Below the pieces are notes generated by a model that was not told where the DNA came from, searched no databases, and saw nothing but the letters and a program-made list of their open reading frames with translations. Of a stretch of 64,000 bases of DNA, positions 32,835 through 46,623 are shown piece by piece (positions within the stretch are counted from its first letter, which is position 1; every line of letters begins with the position of its first letter). The stretch spans positions 1-64,000 of the forward strand of contig NIVC01000409.1 of the NCBI GenBank assembly GCA_002269645.1, given 5' to 3'. The DNA comes from Macrostomum lignano. Its lineage: Eukaryota. The translations under genes and the position numbers were made by a program.

Positions 32835-35005
32835 AACAACTTTAATTAGCTGGCGCTTGGAGCTAGACGGGTCAACAACTCAACTAGCTGGAACTTGGAG
32901 CTAGATGGGTCAACAACTCAATTAGCTGGAACTTGGAGCTAGATGGGTCAACAACTCAACTAGCTGGCACTTGGAGCTAGATGGATCAACAACTCAACTA
33001 GCTGGCACTTGGAGCTAGATGGGTCAACAACTCAACTAGCTGGCACTTGGAGCTAGATGGGTCAACAACTCAACTAGCTGGAACTTGGAGCTAGATGGAT
33101 CAACAACTCAACTAGCTGGAACTTGGAGCTAGATGGGTCAACAACTCAACTAGCTGGAACTTGGAGCTAGATGGGTCAACAACTCAACTAGCTGGAACTT
33201 GGAGCTAGATGGGTCAACAACTCAACTAGCTGGAACTTGGAGCTAGATGGGTCAACAACTCAACTAGCTGGAACTTGGAGCTAGATGGGTCAACAACTCA
33301 ACTAGCTGGAACTTGGAGCTAGATGGGTCAACAACTCAACTAGCTGGAACTTGGAGCTAGATGGGTCAACAACTCAACTAGCTGGAACTTGGAGCCAAAT
33401 GGGTCAACAACTCAACTAGCTGGAACTTGGAGCTAGATGGGTCAACAACTCAACTAGCTGGAACTTGGAGCTAGATGGGTCAACAACTCAACTAGCTGGA
33501 ACTTGGAGCTAGATGGGTCAACAACTCAACTAGCTGGAACTTGGAGCTAGATGGGTCAACAACTCAACTAGCTGGCACTTGGAGCTAGATGGGTCAACAA
33601 CTCAACTAGCTGGAACTTGGAGCTAGATGGGTCAACAACTCAATTAGCTGGAACTTGGAGCTAGATGGGTCAACAACTCAATTAGCTGGAACTTGGAGCT
33701 AGATGGGTCAACAACTCAACTAGCTGGAACTTGGAGCTAGATGGGTCAACAACTCAATTAGCTGGAACTTGGAGCTAGATGGGTCAACAACTCAACTAGC
33801 TGGAACTTGGAGCTAGATGGGTCAACAACTCAATTAGCTGGAACTTGGAGCTAAATGGGTCAACAACTCAACTAGCTGGCACTTGGAGCTAGATGGGTCA
33901 ACAACTCAACTAGCTGGAACTTGGAGCTAGATGGGTCAACAACTCAACTAGCTGGAACTTGGAGCTAGATGGGTCAACAACTCAACTAGCTGGAACTTGG
34001 AGCTAGATGGGTCAACAACTCAACTAGCTGGAACTTGGAGCTAGATGGGTCAACAACTCAACTAGCTGGAACTTGGAGCTAGATGGGTCAACAACTCAAT
34101 TAGCTGGAACTTGGAGCTAGATGGGTCAACAACTCAACTAGCTGGAACTTGGAGCTAGATGGGTCAACAACTCAATTAGCTGGAACTTGGAGCTAGATGG
34201 GTCAACAACTCAACTAGCTGGAACTTGGAGCTAGATGGGTCAACAACTCAATTAGCTGGAACTTGGAGCTAGATGGGTCAACAACTCAACTAGCTGGAAC
34301 TTGGAGCTAGATGGGTCAACAACTCAACTAGCTGGAACTTGGAGCTAGATGTGTCAACAACTCAACTAGCTGGCACTTGGAGCTAAATGGGTCAACAACT
34401 CAATTAGCTGGAACTTGGAGCTAGATGGGTCAACAACTCAACTAGCTGGAACTTGGAGCTAGATGGGTCAACAACTCAATTAGCTGGAACTTGGAGCTAG
34501 ATGGGTCAACAACTCAACTAGCTGGAACTTGGAGCTAGATGGGTCAACAACTCAACTAGCTGGAACTTGGAGCTAGATGGGTCAACAACTCAATTAGCTG
34601 GAACTTGGAGCTAGATGGGTCAACAACTCAACTAGCTGGGACTTGGAGCTAGATGGGTCAACAACTCAATTAGCTGGCACTTGGAGCTAGATGGGTCAAC
34701 AACTCAACTAGCTGGAACTTGGAGCTAGATGGGTCAACAACTCAATTAGCTGGCACTTGGAGCTAGATGGGTCAACAACTCAACTAGCTGGAACTTGGAG
34801 CTAGATGGGTCAACAACTCAACTAGCTGGAACTTGGAGCTAGATGGGTCAACAACTCAACTAGCTGGAACTTGGAGCTAGATGGGTCAACAACTCAATTA
34901 GCTGGAACTTGGAGCTAGATGGGTCAACAACTCAACTAGCTGGAACTTGGAGCTAGATGGGTCAACAACTCAACTAGCTGGCACTTGGAGCTAAATGGGT
35001 CAACT
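32835..35005. repeat. 38-bp minisatellite (~55 copies) between the TRIT1 stop and the pecanex start
   Basis: Unit GGGTCAACAACTCAACTAGCTGGAACTTGGAGCTAGAT, highly homogeneous. Confidence 0.97.
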
Positions 35006-35072
35006 TTGACATGATCAACATCTATTAGACAAAACAAACTCAACTATGCTTGAAAGTCAGTCAATTTACTAT

Positions 35073-38000
35073 TCATCCAGTAACAGCCCGCGAAGAAGAA
35101 CGCCCTGAGTCATTATTGTCAACTGCTGATTCTTCGCTACCGTCAGCAGCTTCAGCATTCCGGTCGATAACCACAACGGCATTCGGGTCGGAATGACCAG
35201 CAGCAATTCTAGCGGCCAATCTTCTTAAACCGGCCATCCGTTTGGCGTGTCTCCTACTGCTCATATGCTCCTTGTACTGATCCCGTTGAGCAAAAGTGAC
35301 GCCGCAGTGGTCGCAACGCAGCTCTAAGCTTCTACCAATCCTTACACTATCAGATTCGCTGTCATCAAGGCTACTTGAAGAACCCACTAGCCCGCGCGGT
35401 TCTGTTGCTAATCGAGTCGAATGCTTGAGTAGAATATTTTCATCTGATTTTAACAGAGCTTCAACAATTTCAAAGGCGGGCTGACGTACTCCGGTAGTCC
35501 AGTCCGATTCAACTAAACTATCGGCATTCAACAGATACACTGGCGCGTAATTATCGTCGGAATGACGCAGGAATCTGTTGCGCAACCATTTCTCCTGTTG
35601 CACTGCGTATCGTTTAGTGCGCTGTTTCATCAGTTCAATACCAGATTTGAGAGCTAATTGGCCTTCGGCGCTATCGCGCTGCTCTGGCGACATTAGCAGG
35701 TAAGAATGAAACTCCTTAAATCCGATGCTCTGAAATATGCCTCTAGTATAGTCTTTACTAGCGCCTGTACCGACTCTACTAGCATTGAACTCCGAGTGGA
35801 ATGCTTCCAGCTCCGCTAACAGGCCCGATTGGATCATTTTATCAACCCGACAGTCTAGACGGCGTTCTAGATGGTCGCGGCGGCAGGCGAGCCACAGAAT
35901 GGCCAGGCGGTCAGGCGGATAGCGCAACGGGCCAGAGAAATGGTCGCCCAGCTGGTGGAAATGATGGCGATGATGATGGGTTTCAATTCAAAATTGAAAC
36001 GAGTCAATCATTAGCTAGGCCGATTACTAACAGTTAATAACGTCTGCTATCAGTTAAATGGCGATAATGAATATTGTTCGAAAATAATCATTCTAATCAC
36101 TTGAAACTGCTACCCTGTCACTCTATTGTCACTTTAAACTGCTACCCTGTCACTCTATCGTCACTTTAAACTGCTACCCTGTCACTCTATTTTCACTTGA
36201 AACTGCTACCCTGTCACTCTATTGTCACTTGAAACTGCTACCCTGTCACTCTATCGTCACTTTAAACTGCTACCCTGTCACTCTATTGTCACTTGAAACT
36301 GCTACCCTGTCACTCTATTGTCACTTGAAACTGCTACCTTGTCACTCTATTGTCACTTTAAACTGCTACCCTGTCACTCTATTGTCACTTTAAACTGCTA
36401 CCCTGTCACTCTAAAGTGTCACACCGTTAATCTAAACTGTCACCCTGTCACTCTAAACTGTCACACCGTCAATCTAAACTGTCACACCGTCACTCTAAAC
36501 TGTCACACCGTCACTCTAAAGTGTCACCCTGTCATTATAAACTGTCACCCTGTCACTCTAAAGTGTCACTCTATCACTAAACTGTCACCCTGTCAGTATA
36601 AACAGTCACCCTGTCACTCTTAACTGTCACCGTGTTACCCTAAACCGTCACACTGTCACTATAAACAGTCACCCTGTCACTCTTAACTGTCACCGTGTCA
36701 CTCTAAACTGTCACACTGTCACTCTAAACTGTCAAACTATCACTCTGAACTGTCACCCCGTCACTCTGTCACTCTCAAGCAACAACCTATTAGATTTCAT
36801 TCTATTTGCTGTCCAACTCACCCGGTGCTGCTCCCGAAGCATAGCGCTATAAGCCCCGTCGCCACGACGCAGATTCACCTGCAGAGCTCGAGCTACTTTG
36901 CGTCGATCGTTGGGATGCAACCGAATTGCAGCTTCGGGATCTACAGCTCTCAGCCGATTGTGCAATTCCTGGGGATCGGATTTTTCAGCAGGATCGTCCC
37001 TAAAAACCGATTGATTTGTTGGCAGAAATTTGCTCATTTTTAATTTTTCAGTTGTTAAGCTGCCACTGAACCAATCTAGTGTCACTCCGTCACTTCGAAG
37101 TGTCATTCACGTCTATTTGGAGTGTCACTCCGTCACTTCGAAGTGTCACTCACGTCTATTTGAGGTGTCACTTAGTCACTTCGAAGTGTCAGTCAAGTCT
37201 CTTTAAGGTGTCACTCACGTCACTTCGAAGTGTCACTCACGTCTATTTGGAGTGTCACTCCGTCACTTCGAAGTGTCACTCACGTCTATTTGAGGTGTCA
37301 CTCAGTCACTTCGAAGTGTCAGTCAAGTCTCTTTAAGGTGTCACTCACGTCACTTCGAAGTGTCACTCACGTCACTTTGAATTGTCATTCACGTCACTTT
37401 AACTTGTCACTCACGGTCACTTCAAAGTGTCACTACAAAGTATCACCCTATTCACCTTAAGTGTCAATGCATCACTCGGTCACTAAAATGTGTCATCTCA
37501 ATAAGTTTAAACAGTCGTTAACAATAAATAAAATATTACCTCAATTCAGACTCAATATCATCATCGTCATTAGTAAAATTGCCGCCGTCTTCTAGGAGAA
37601 TATTCCAAAGCAATGCTTCTATATAGTAACAGGTGCCGCCGCAAATTATTGGCAGGCGATTCTCCTTGAGCAATCGATCTAACAGAGGCTGAGCAAGCTG
37701 TCTATAGGCGCCAACAGTGCTGTCTGTTGTTAGGGGCGATAAACAACCAATTAAATGATGAGGCGCTTGGGACAGCTCTTCCGATGTAACCTGTGAATTC
37801 AAAGTGGAAAAGGCAAAATTAAACTATTTTAGGTCGATACAGAAGTCTAAGCTACTGTACAAGCGGGGCTATTAAGAAACCAATACTCAATGTGGAAGTT
37901 GCGGGAATTTCTGGAATTTCAATGTGGGAAATTTCTAAGAAACCAAATCTAATCTAGGATTTTTTTAAGAAACCAAGACTCAATATGGGGAATTTCTAAG

Positions 38001-39270
38001 AAACCAAGACTCAATATGGGGAATTTCTAAGAAACCAAGACTCAATGTGGGGAATTTCTAAGAAACCAAGACTCAATGTGGGGAATTTCTAAGAAACCAA
38101 GACTCAATGTGGGGAATTTCTAAGAAACCAAGACTCAATGTGAGGAATTTCTAAGAAACCAAGACTCATTGTGGGGAATTTCTAAGAAACCAAGACTCAA
38201 TGTGAGGAATTTCTAAGAAACCAAGACTCAATGTGGGGAATTTCTAAGAAACCAAGACTCAATGTGAGGAATTTCTAAGAAACCAAGACTCAATGTGAGG
38301 AATTTCTAAGAAACCAAGACTCAATGTGGGGAATTTCTAAGAAACCAAGACTCAATGTGGGGAATTTCTAAGAAACCAAGACTCAATGTGGGGAATTTCT
38401 AAGAAACCAAGACTCAATGTGGGGAATTTCTAAGAAACCAAGACTCAATGTGAGGAATTTCTAAGAAACCAAGACTCAATGTGGGGAATTTCTAAGAAAC
38501 CAAGACTCAATGTGAGGAATTTCTAAGAAACCAAGACTCAATGTGGGGAATTTCTAAGAAACCAAGACTCAATGTGAGGAATTTCTAAGAAACCAAGACT
38601 CAATGTGAGGAATTTCTAAGAAACCAAGACTCAATGTGGGGAATTTCTAAGAAACCAAGACTCAATGTGGGGAATTTCTAAGAAACCAAGACTCAATGTG
38701 AGGAATTTCTAAGAAACCAAGACTCAATGTGAGGAATTTCTAAGAAACCAAGACTCAATGTGGGGAATTTCTAAGAAACCAAGACTCAATGTGGGGAATT
38801 TCTAAGAAATCAAGACTCAATGTGGGGAATTTCTAAGAAACCAAGACTCTATGTGTTGAATTTCTAAGAAACCGAGACTTAACGTGGGAATTTCTAAGAA
38901 ACCGAGACTAAACGTGGGAATTTCTAAGAAACCGAGACTAAACGTGGGAATTTCTAAGAAACCAAGACTCAATCTAGGGATTTCTAAGAAACTAAAGAAA
39001 CCAAAGCTACATGGGAGATTGTTAACAAGCCAAAGTTCAATAGTATTTCACGAAAAATAGTAAATGAATATTCAGTAGTAATTGCACACGCAACAGTAGT
39101 ATATGACAAACCTTATTAGTAACAATATCCAAGCCACTATACAGCTGCATAGAGTCGGCATTCAGCACTTCCCCATTGAATTTTTTAGCCAATTCAATAG
39201 CTAATAAAGATTTGCCAACGCCTGTAGGCCCAGCAACAATCACTATTGGTGGCGATGGCTGTGCTGTCAT
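35073..39270 (-). CDS. TRIT1: tRNA dimethylallyltransferase (isopentenyltransferase; MiaA/MOD5 family), ~510 aa; exons 39270-39112, 37790-37540, 37065-36822, 35951-35073
   Basis: P-loop [25 protein letters not shown]|[63 protein letters not shown], and a C-terminal zinc finger CDHC..HMSSRRH. Junctions are phase-consistent (1533 nt). Confidence 0.95.
36105..36770. repeat. 32-bp then ~19-bp GTCACTC-core repeats in TRIT1 intron 3
   Basis: GTCACTCTATTGTCACTTTAAACTGCTACCCT grading into GTCACTCTAAACTGTCACC. Confidence 0.9.
37078..37500. repeat. GTCACTC-core repeat (43-bp unit, 130-bp block duplication) in TRIT1 intron 2
   Basis: gtcactccgtcacttcgaag occurs at 37081, 37124 and 37254. Confidence 0.85.
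37870..38990. repeat. 31-bp minisatellite in TRIT1 intron 1
   Basis: Unit GGGGAATTTCTAAGAAACCAAGACTCAATGT. Confidence 0.97.
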
Positions 39271-39559
39271 CAGCCGAGTAGCCGAGACAAAGCTACGGCG
39301 AAGAAATTTTGCTGTTAACTGGGGCCGCAACAGCTTGGCTAATGTTGATATGGTGTAGCTTTAATAGCCTTGACTTACTTTAAAGTGAAGCTTTAATAGC
39401 TTTGGTTTTTAAAAGGCTGAAATATCCAAAATGAAAATTGAAATATAAAACTGATATTATATTTCCGAAATAGTTCAATTAAATGCTAGTCTGACTGCCT
39501 GCTAATTGTACAACTGTGTGATGATGAATAATGATTATTATTGATGATTCGATAATAGA

Positions 39560-41200
39560 TTATCATGATTGCTGCAATTATTATCGATGAATTGATGATT
39601 GCTGCAATGATTATTGATGATTTGATGATGGCTACAATGATTATCGATGATTTGATTATTGCTGCAGATATTATTGATGATTTCATGATATCTGCAATGA
39701 TTATTGATGAGTTGATGATATCTGCAATAATTATTGATGATTTGATGATTGCTGAAATAATAATCAATGATTTGATGATTGCTGCAATGATTATTGATGA
39801 TTTGATGATGGCTACAATGATTATCGATGATTTGATTATTGCTGCAGATATTATTGATGATTTGATGATTGCTGCAATGATTATTGATGATTTGATGATT
39901 GCTGCAATAATTATTGATGATTTGATGATTGCTGCAATGATTATTGATGATTTGATGATTGCTGAAATAATAATCAATGATTTGATGATTGCTGCAATGA
40001 TTATTGATGATTTGATGATGGCTACAATGATTATCGATGATTTGATTATTGCTGCAGATATTATTGATGATTTGATGATTGCTGCAATGATTATTGATGA
40101 TTTGATGATTGCTGCAATAATTATTGATGATTTGATGATTGCTGCAATAATTATTGATGATTTGATGATTGCTGAAATAATAATCAATGATTTGATGATT
40201 GCTGCAATGATTATTGATGATTTGATGATGGCTACAATGATTATCGATGATTTGATTATTGCTGCAGATATTATTGATGATTTGATGATTGCTGCAATGA
40301 TTATTGATGATTTGATGATTGCTGCAATAATTATTGATGATTTGATGATTGCTGCAATGATTATTGATGATTTGATGATTGCTGAAATAATAATCAATGA
40401 TTTGATGATTGCTGCAATGATTATTGGTAACTTTGCGATTGTTGCAACGATGATTGATGATTTGATGAATGCTACAATGATTATTGATGATTTGATGATT
40501 GCTGCAATGATTATTGATGATTTGATGATTGCTGCAATGATTATTGATGATTTGATGATTGCTGCAATGATTATTGATGATTTGATGATTGCTGCAATGA
40601 TTATTGATGATTTGATGATTGCTGCAATGATTATTGATGATTTGATGATTGCTGCAATGATTATTGATGATTTGATGATTGCTGCAATGATTATTGATGA
40701 TTTGATGATTGCTGAAATAATAATCAATGATTTGATGATTGCTGCAATGATTATTGGTAACTTTGCGATTGTTGCAACGATGATTGATGATTTGATGAAT
40801 GCTACAATGATTATTGATGATTTGATGATTGCTGCAATGATTATTGATGATTTGATGATTGCTGCAATGATTATTGATGATTTGATGATTGCTGCAATGA
40901 TTATCGATGATTTGATGATTGCTGCAATGATTATTGATGATTTGATGATTGCTGCAATGATTATTGATGATTTGATGATTGCTGCAATGATTATTGATGA
41001 TTTGATAATTGCTGCAATGATTATTGATGATTTGACGATTGCTGAAATGATTATTGATGATTTGATAATTGCTGCAATGATTATTGATGATTTGATGATT
41101 GCTGAAATAATAATCGATGATTTGATAATTGCTGCAATGCTTATTGATAACTTTACGATTGTTGCAACGATGATTGATGATTTAATGATTAACGGTGCTT
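39560..41200. repeat. 30-bp minisatellite with 210-bp and 330-bp higher-order periods
   Basis: Unit GATGATTTGATGATTGCTGCAATGATTATT; the variant GCTGAAATAATAATCAATG occurs at 39751, 39961, 40171, 40381 and 40711. Confidence 0.97.
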
Positions 41201-44037
41201 TTTAATTATTACATTATTGAGCAACACGGATGCTCAGTGATGATGTGATGATTTTTTTGAAAATTTGGTATTTATTCGAGAAGTACTGAAATCTGTGACA
41301 ACATCTATATAACTAGAATTTACAGGACCTAGATACTAAACTGTTGCCTATAAGTAATATGAATGAAATGAAAACACTGACATAGTGTGCAATGAACCGC
41401 ATCATAGGGCATAACGCGAAGCACAAGACAAAAGCTGGACAAGTCGTGACTATATAACAACTGAAGTATACTTTATTCATAGTTTGTATCAATGCATATG
41501 CATATATATAAATTGATTCACAATCTTAATAGTACGGGATTTCACTAATAATAGACAAAGTTACAGAGATATATTTATTAACAAATTATAATTTATTAGG
41601 CAGGCTTTTTTCGCAGACAGAAATTATCCATTATATTAGTTAAACTGTTTTATAAGTACATTATAACTCACATTATATTACACAGTTACAAATTGTTACA
41701 TTGCAAAAAGTACATTAAAAAATTGTTTTACAAAAAACGCCTAATGAAGAGAGTTACATTGCATTGGGGAAAAAGAACATTTTTACACAAGCAAGTTGTA
41801 GAGGACACCCTGAACATTGCGCACACAATATGTTTATAGACAAGAACTGTACAGAATCGGTTTTTGAATATTTATTTCTGTATAATAAAAAAGTAAAAAA
41901 CAAAGTTCGTTGACAATGATAAAATATAGTGCCCACTAAAAGAGAAATCTTAAGATTATTTTGGTCATTCTCAGATAGAGAGAAACCATGGATTATAATA
42001 TAATGATTTATAACTATAAAAATTCTCAAAGGGGCGCAGGTCTAGAAAAAAAACAAGTCATAGCTAGTATTTATATAAAATATACAGCAGAGAAAAATAA
42101 TAAAAAATCATTTTCAAACTTATAATTCCGATTTCACTCTCTTGCTCTCTAGGCTCAAAGATGAAAACTACAAAAACAAAAACAAATAGCATATATATAT
42201 ATAACTATAAATCCTTAAATGATAATTATTTCATTAATTAAAATAATATAATTCCTGCCATCCATCATTAAATAAATTCTCGAGCAAGAATATATTAATT
42301 ATAGGAATAAAGAAACCTTTGAAAATATAAAAAATAAAATGCAAATAGCCAACGACAATAATCAAGCGCCAAAACAAGTAGTATGCTAAGCGTTTTATTG
42401 TATTTTCAAATTATTAAAACTGTTCAAATTATAAGTTTGTTAAGCAAACAAATATACGTATATATGACACAAATATACTTGTTGAAAAAGCAGATTGGCA
42501 ATATTAGTTAGTAAATCAATTATTTGTTTTATTATTCAACATCGAATAGTTCTGAAGCGACAGAAATAGAAATATGCGTTATTACAAAAATAGGTTAGCA
42601 CATTTACACAGTCACTGACAATTTATGTGTTACAGGAAAACAGAGGGAGTAGGAATAACAAACAAAAATATTGTGTTTTAGTCGTTATAGAATATTATAA
42701 TATATGCATGGTCCACCAGATGTTCTATAAATTTTTGAAAATATATTCAAAGTAATTAAAAGCCTATAAACTTAATTTATTAATCTTCATTTATTGATAA
42801 TTCATATACTGTTTTTTAATTATACAGTGAACTCAAGTGGACGGCGTTTCATAATTTTTAAAGATTGTATATATTCTTGAAAAAATAATGACACAATTAA
42901 TTACATATTGAACACAGTTGTCTTTACAGCCAACTAAATTGTTAATGAAAACAAAAGATAATTAAAAAAATTGAATTTTGGACTCTCATTATTTTTCAAT
43001 TATTTTACTTTTAACTATATAGTGATCTTACTTTCTGGGCTAGATGATATATGACAATAGTGACAATAATATATGACTTGTAGGTAACAATCTGGCAAGC
43101 GCATTTGAGGTTTACCTGACAAACAAATCAGACAATATAAATAAGCATCATAGATAGTAAGAAAAATCGCGACAAGCATTATAGAGAATAGAAGGTCAGG
43201 TGCATCAATTATAAACCACAGATTATAAAATAACTAGCTGGGCCACTCAGGCTTATCAGGTACATTTAGTAGCAAATAATAATACAGAACCTATTTTATA
43301 AAAATAAAGACAGCTCTTTGATAAGTTTAGAAGCCCAAGCTTGCAGGCGTAAACAACTTGCTAATTGGTTCAGCAATACTGTACATTGGCCAGTCCACTG
43401 AAATGTACATTGCAGCTTTAGACTGGAATTCCGAGAAAGGCAATGAAATTCGGGGCGAGGAGGGGGTAGTGTGGAAAGGCGCGCTTAGAGGGTTGAAGCT
43501 AAAGTGAGAGCTAATGAATAAGCCTTGGCTTTAAAAATACATTAAAATGCTTCGGTCTAGCCTACTACTGAACTGAAAGTAGTTTACACGCAAATGTGCT
43601 GAGTGGCCCACCTAGTTATTCTAGTATCTGTGATATAAAGAAATAGTTTATTAGTAAAATTTCAGTAGACTGGAGAAACGCAAGCTCAATACGCTTGTAG
43701 ATTAATGAGACCCACAAGTTAAATAATTTATTAACAGAGAAAAAAATAATTAATCAATTATATCAAACAGCGCAATACAAAATGAAAGTAGACGGGGCAG
43801 GTCTTTTAAGCAAGACTGTTTTTTTAATTTCTTCGTGCTTTGTTATAAATAACTTCTTCTCTTTTAGGCTACAAAAACACAAAAAGGAATGAACGGACAT
43901 CTTGTGGCACTATAATCGTAACACGCATACACAGAGAGACAAACATAAATGGAGAGAAAAACACAAGCAGAGACTAATAATGAAAAGCAGCAATATTCGA
44001 CAAAACACCCAACAGATATTCAATGGCAGGACTTCTG

Positions 44038-45016
44038 TCAGGTGCTCAACAGTCGCTCTAGTAGCCCTCCGCCGCTGCCACTGCCGCTGCCACCAGATGC
44101 CGATGATGATCGACCAACAGAAGGCGGTTGCGTCTGCTGAGCCTGATTCTGTTGTTGTTGTTGGTGTTGTTGTAGTTGTGGTTGAATCTGGGGCGACGGT
44201 TGCTGGTGCTGATGCTGATGCAGGTGATGCTGATGCTGATGATGGTGATGGTGCTGATGCTGGTGCTGATGCTGCATCAGCACTGAGCCGTCGTCTGGTG
44301 TTCTAGCAGGAGTGGTCGAGTCCGGAGCACTCTGATGCCGATTATGAAGCATTAGCTGTTGCTGCTGATGGTGGTGATGATGCTGATGCTGATGCGGATG
44401 TACATGATGATGATGGTGATGATGATGATGCTGAGGAGTTGTAGGCGTGGATGGATTGCCGCCAGACAGAGCGGGACTCGGTTGTTGGTGCTGCTGCTGC
44501 TGCTGCTGCCGACTGCTCAGCATGGCGTCCATTGGGGAGCCCGCAGCGAAAGCAGCCGGCGAAACGAATGGCGACGACATCGGCTGCTGCTGGGAGCCAC
44601 TGCGCCGGTTCGTTGAAGCCGCCGAACCAGGAGAATCGGCGATTACCGACAGAGGCGACTGCGGTTGAATCTGTTGACGAGAACGCGAGGAGGAAGCTGT
44701 AGAGTACTGCTGCTGTTGCTGATGCTGTTGTTGAAGACGCTGAGACAGTGGGGGCATCTGCGACGGAGGCGGCAACGGCGGAGGCGGCAATTGCGGAGGC
44801 GGAGGCTGAGCCTGCGGCAGTGCCTGCAGCGGATGCTGAGCTTCCATATCCAAGATGATGTCGAGAACATCCTGCGGCAGCACTGGGCCGGCATTCGATG
44901 GTGACGGGGCTGCAGTAGTTGCTGCAGATACAGCTGACGGCTGCGAATGTGGCGGAGGCGGCGGCTGCTGCTGCTGTTGCTGTTGCTGATGCAGCATGTG
45001 AGCCTGTTGCAGTTTC

Positions 45017-45048
<32 letters not shown>

Positions 45049-45638
45049 AAGCGGCGGAGTCAATTGCTGTTGCTGAGGTGATATCATCGACATAGAAACC
45101 TGAGAATTGTTGAGCTGCGGCTGCTGCTGCTGCTGCTGCATCTGATGCTGATGCTGGTGATGCTGAGAAAATTGGTGCTGCTGATGCTGACTAATGGGAG
45201 CCATGGAATGAGAATGCTGCGGCGGGAACAGATTCAGCGGCAGCTGGAGGCCAACACTAGACGCAGTGGATGTCGTAGCGTTTGAAGCAGCCGCAGAAGC
45301 AGACGCAGCGCTTGAAGCAGCAGATCTGGCTAACATCTGCTGTTGCTGCAGCTGGTGATGCTCGCCAGGTGACCGATTCACAATCTTCTGTCTGAGCTCA
45401 TTTTTAATGCTAATGCTGCTATTGATTGGCTGCTGCTGTGGCATGCCTATAGAGCCAGATGAGACAGAAGATGTAGCCGCACTGCTAAATACAATTGATG
45501 GAGGAGCGCTGGATACTACCTGTTGTTGCTGCTGTTGTTGCATCTGTGGTTGCTGTTGCTGCCATCGCAATTGCTGTTGCTGAGTTTGCTGCGGATAGGG
45601 TGGCGGAGGTGGCGCAGTTTGCTGCATTTGCTGGATAA

Positions 45639-45670
<32 letters not shown>

Positions 45671-46592
45671 AGTTTAACATTAGGCGGCACAGCGAATTCT
45701 CGCATCTGTGCAGAGAATGGCATGTTTGATCGGCAGCTAAGCTGTGGCTGTTGCTGCTGCTGCGGACGAGATGTCATTGGTGATGCAGGAGCAAACTGAC
45801 GATGCTGTTGAAACTGCTGTTGCTGCTGTTGCTGCTGCTGATGCGTGATCTCTGCTTCAGTTTTAAACTGATCAGCCAATTTTTTAACAGCCTCAGGATT
45901 AACAGACCAACTACTATTATTATTTTTATTATTATTGTTGTTATTATTGTTGCCGCTAATAGCAGTTGTAGATTGCGGCTGCGATTGATGATGCTGCCGT
46001 ATGCCTGAGCTGCTGCTGTAAGGCTGAGCAGAGCTTGTGGAAAGGAAAGTACTGCTCAACTGGGCCATAACATAATCGTCTGCGCCAATTAAATCGCGGC
46101 TAGTACCAAGCGAATTAGCTAAACTCCCAGGTGCGACCGATGAAGAAGAGGAGGAAGCTGGAATCGATTGATTCTGTTTATTACTATTATTTTCACCGCT
46201 AATGCTAGCCAAGAATTCGCTAATTATCTCTAATTCGTTGCTGTCCGAATTGCTTGATTGGGTGGCTAAATTAGGCTTAGCTTGCTGCTGTTGCTGTTGT
46301 TGTTGTTGCAGCTGATGCCGCGTCTCGGAATGCGACGATGTCGATTGAGGAGCTGGTCTGCTCAAACCGGAAGGGGCACTAGTCGGAGTTGTTCCGCCAA
46401 CTGTACTAGGCCCATTCAATAAATTAGCTAGCAGCATATTAGACTTCAGGATGTCCTGACCAACTGACGGCACTCTAGTAGAAGACGAGCCGGGCTCGTG
46501 TTTAATTGACTTCCTAGGCGGCGGCCGGCCGTCCGTGCTGCTGTCTGGATTGCCGCGGTCGGACGGCTGGCGCTTCCTCTGTTGATGCATCA

Positions 46593-46623
<31 letters not shown>

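Noticed and set aside
32835-35005. CRISPR-like appearance of the 38-bp (and 31-bp, 37870-38990) arrays
   Set aside because: Units abut directly with no unique spacers, there are no cas genes, and the context is eukaryotic.
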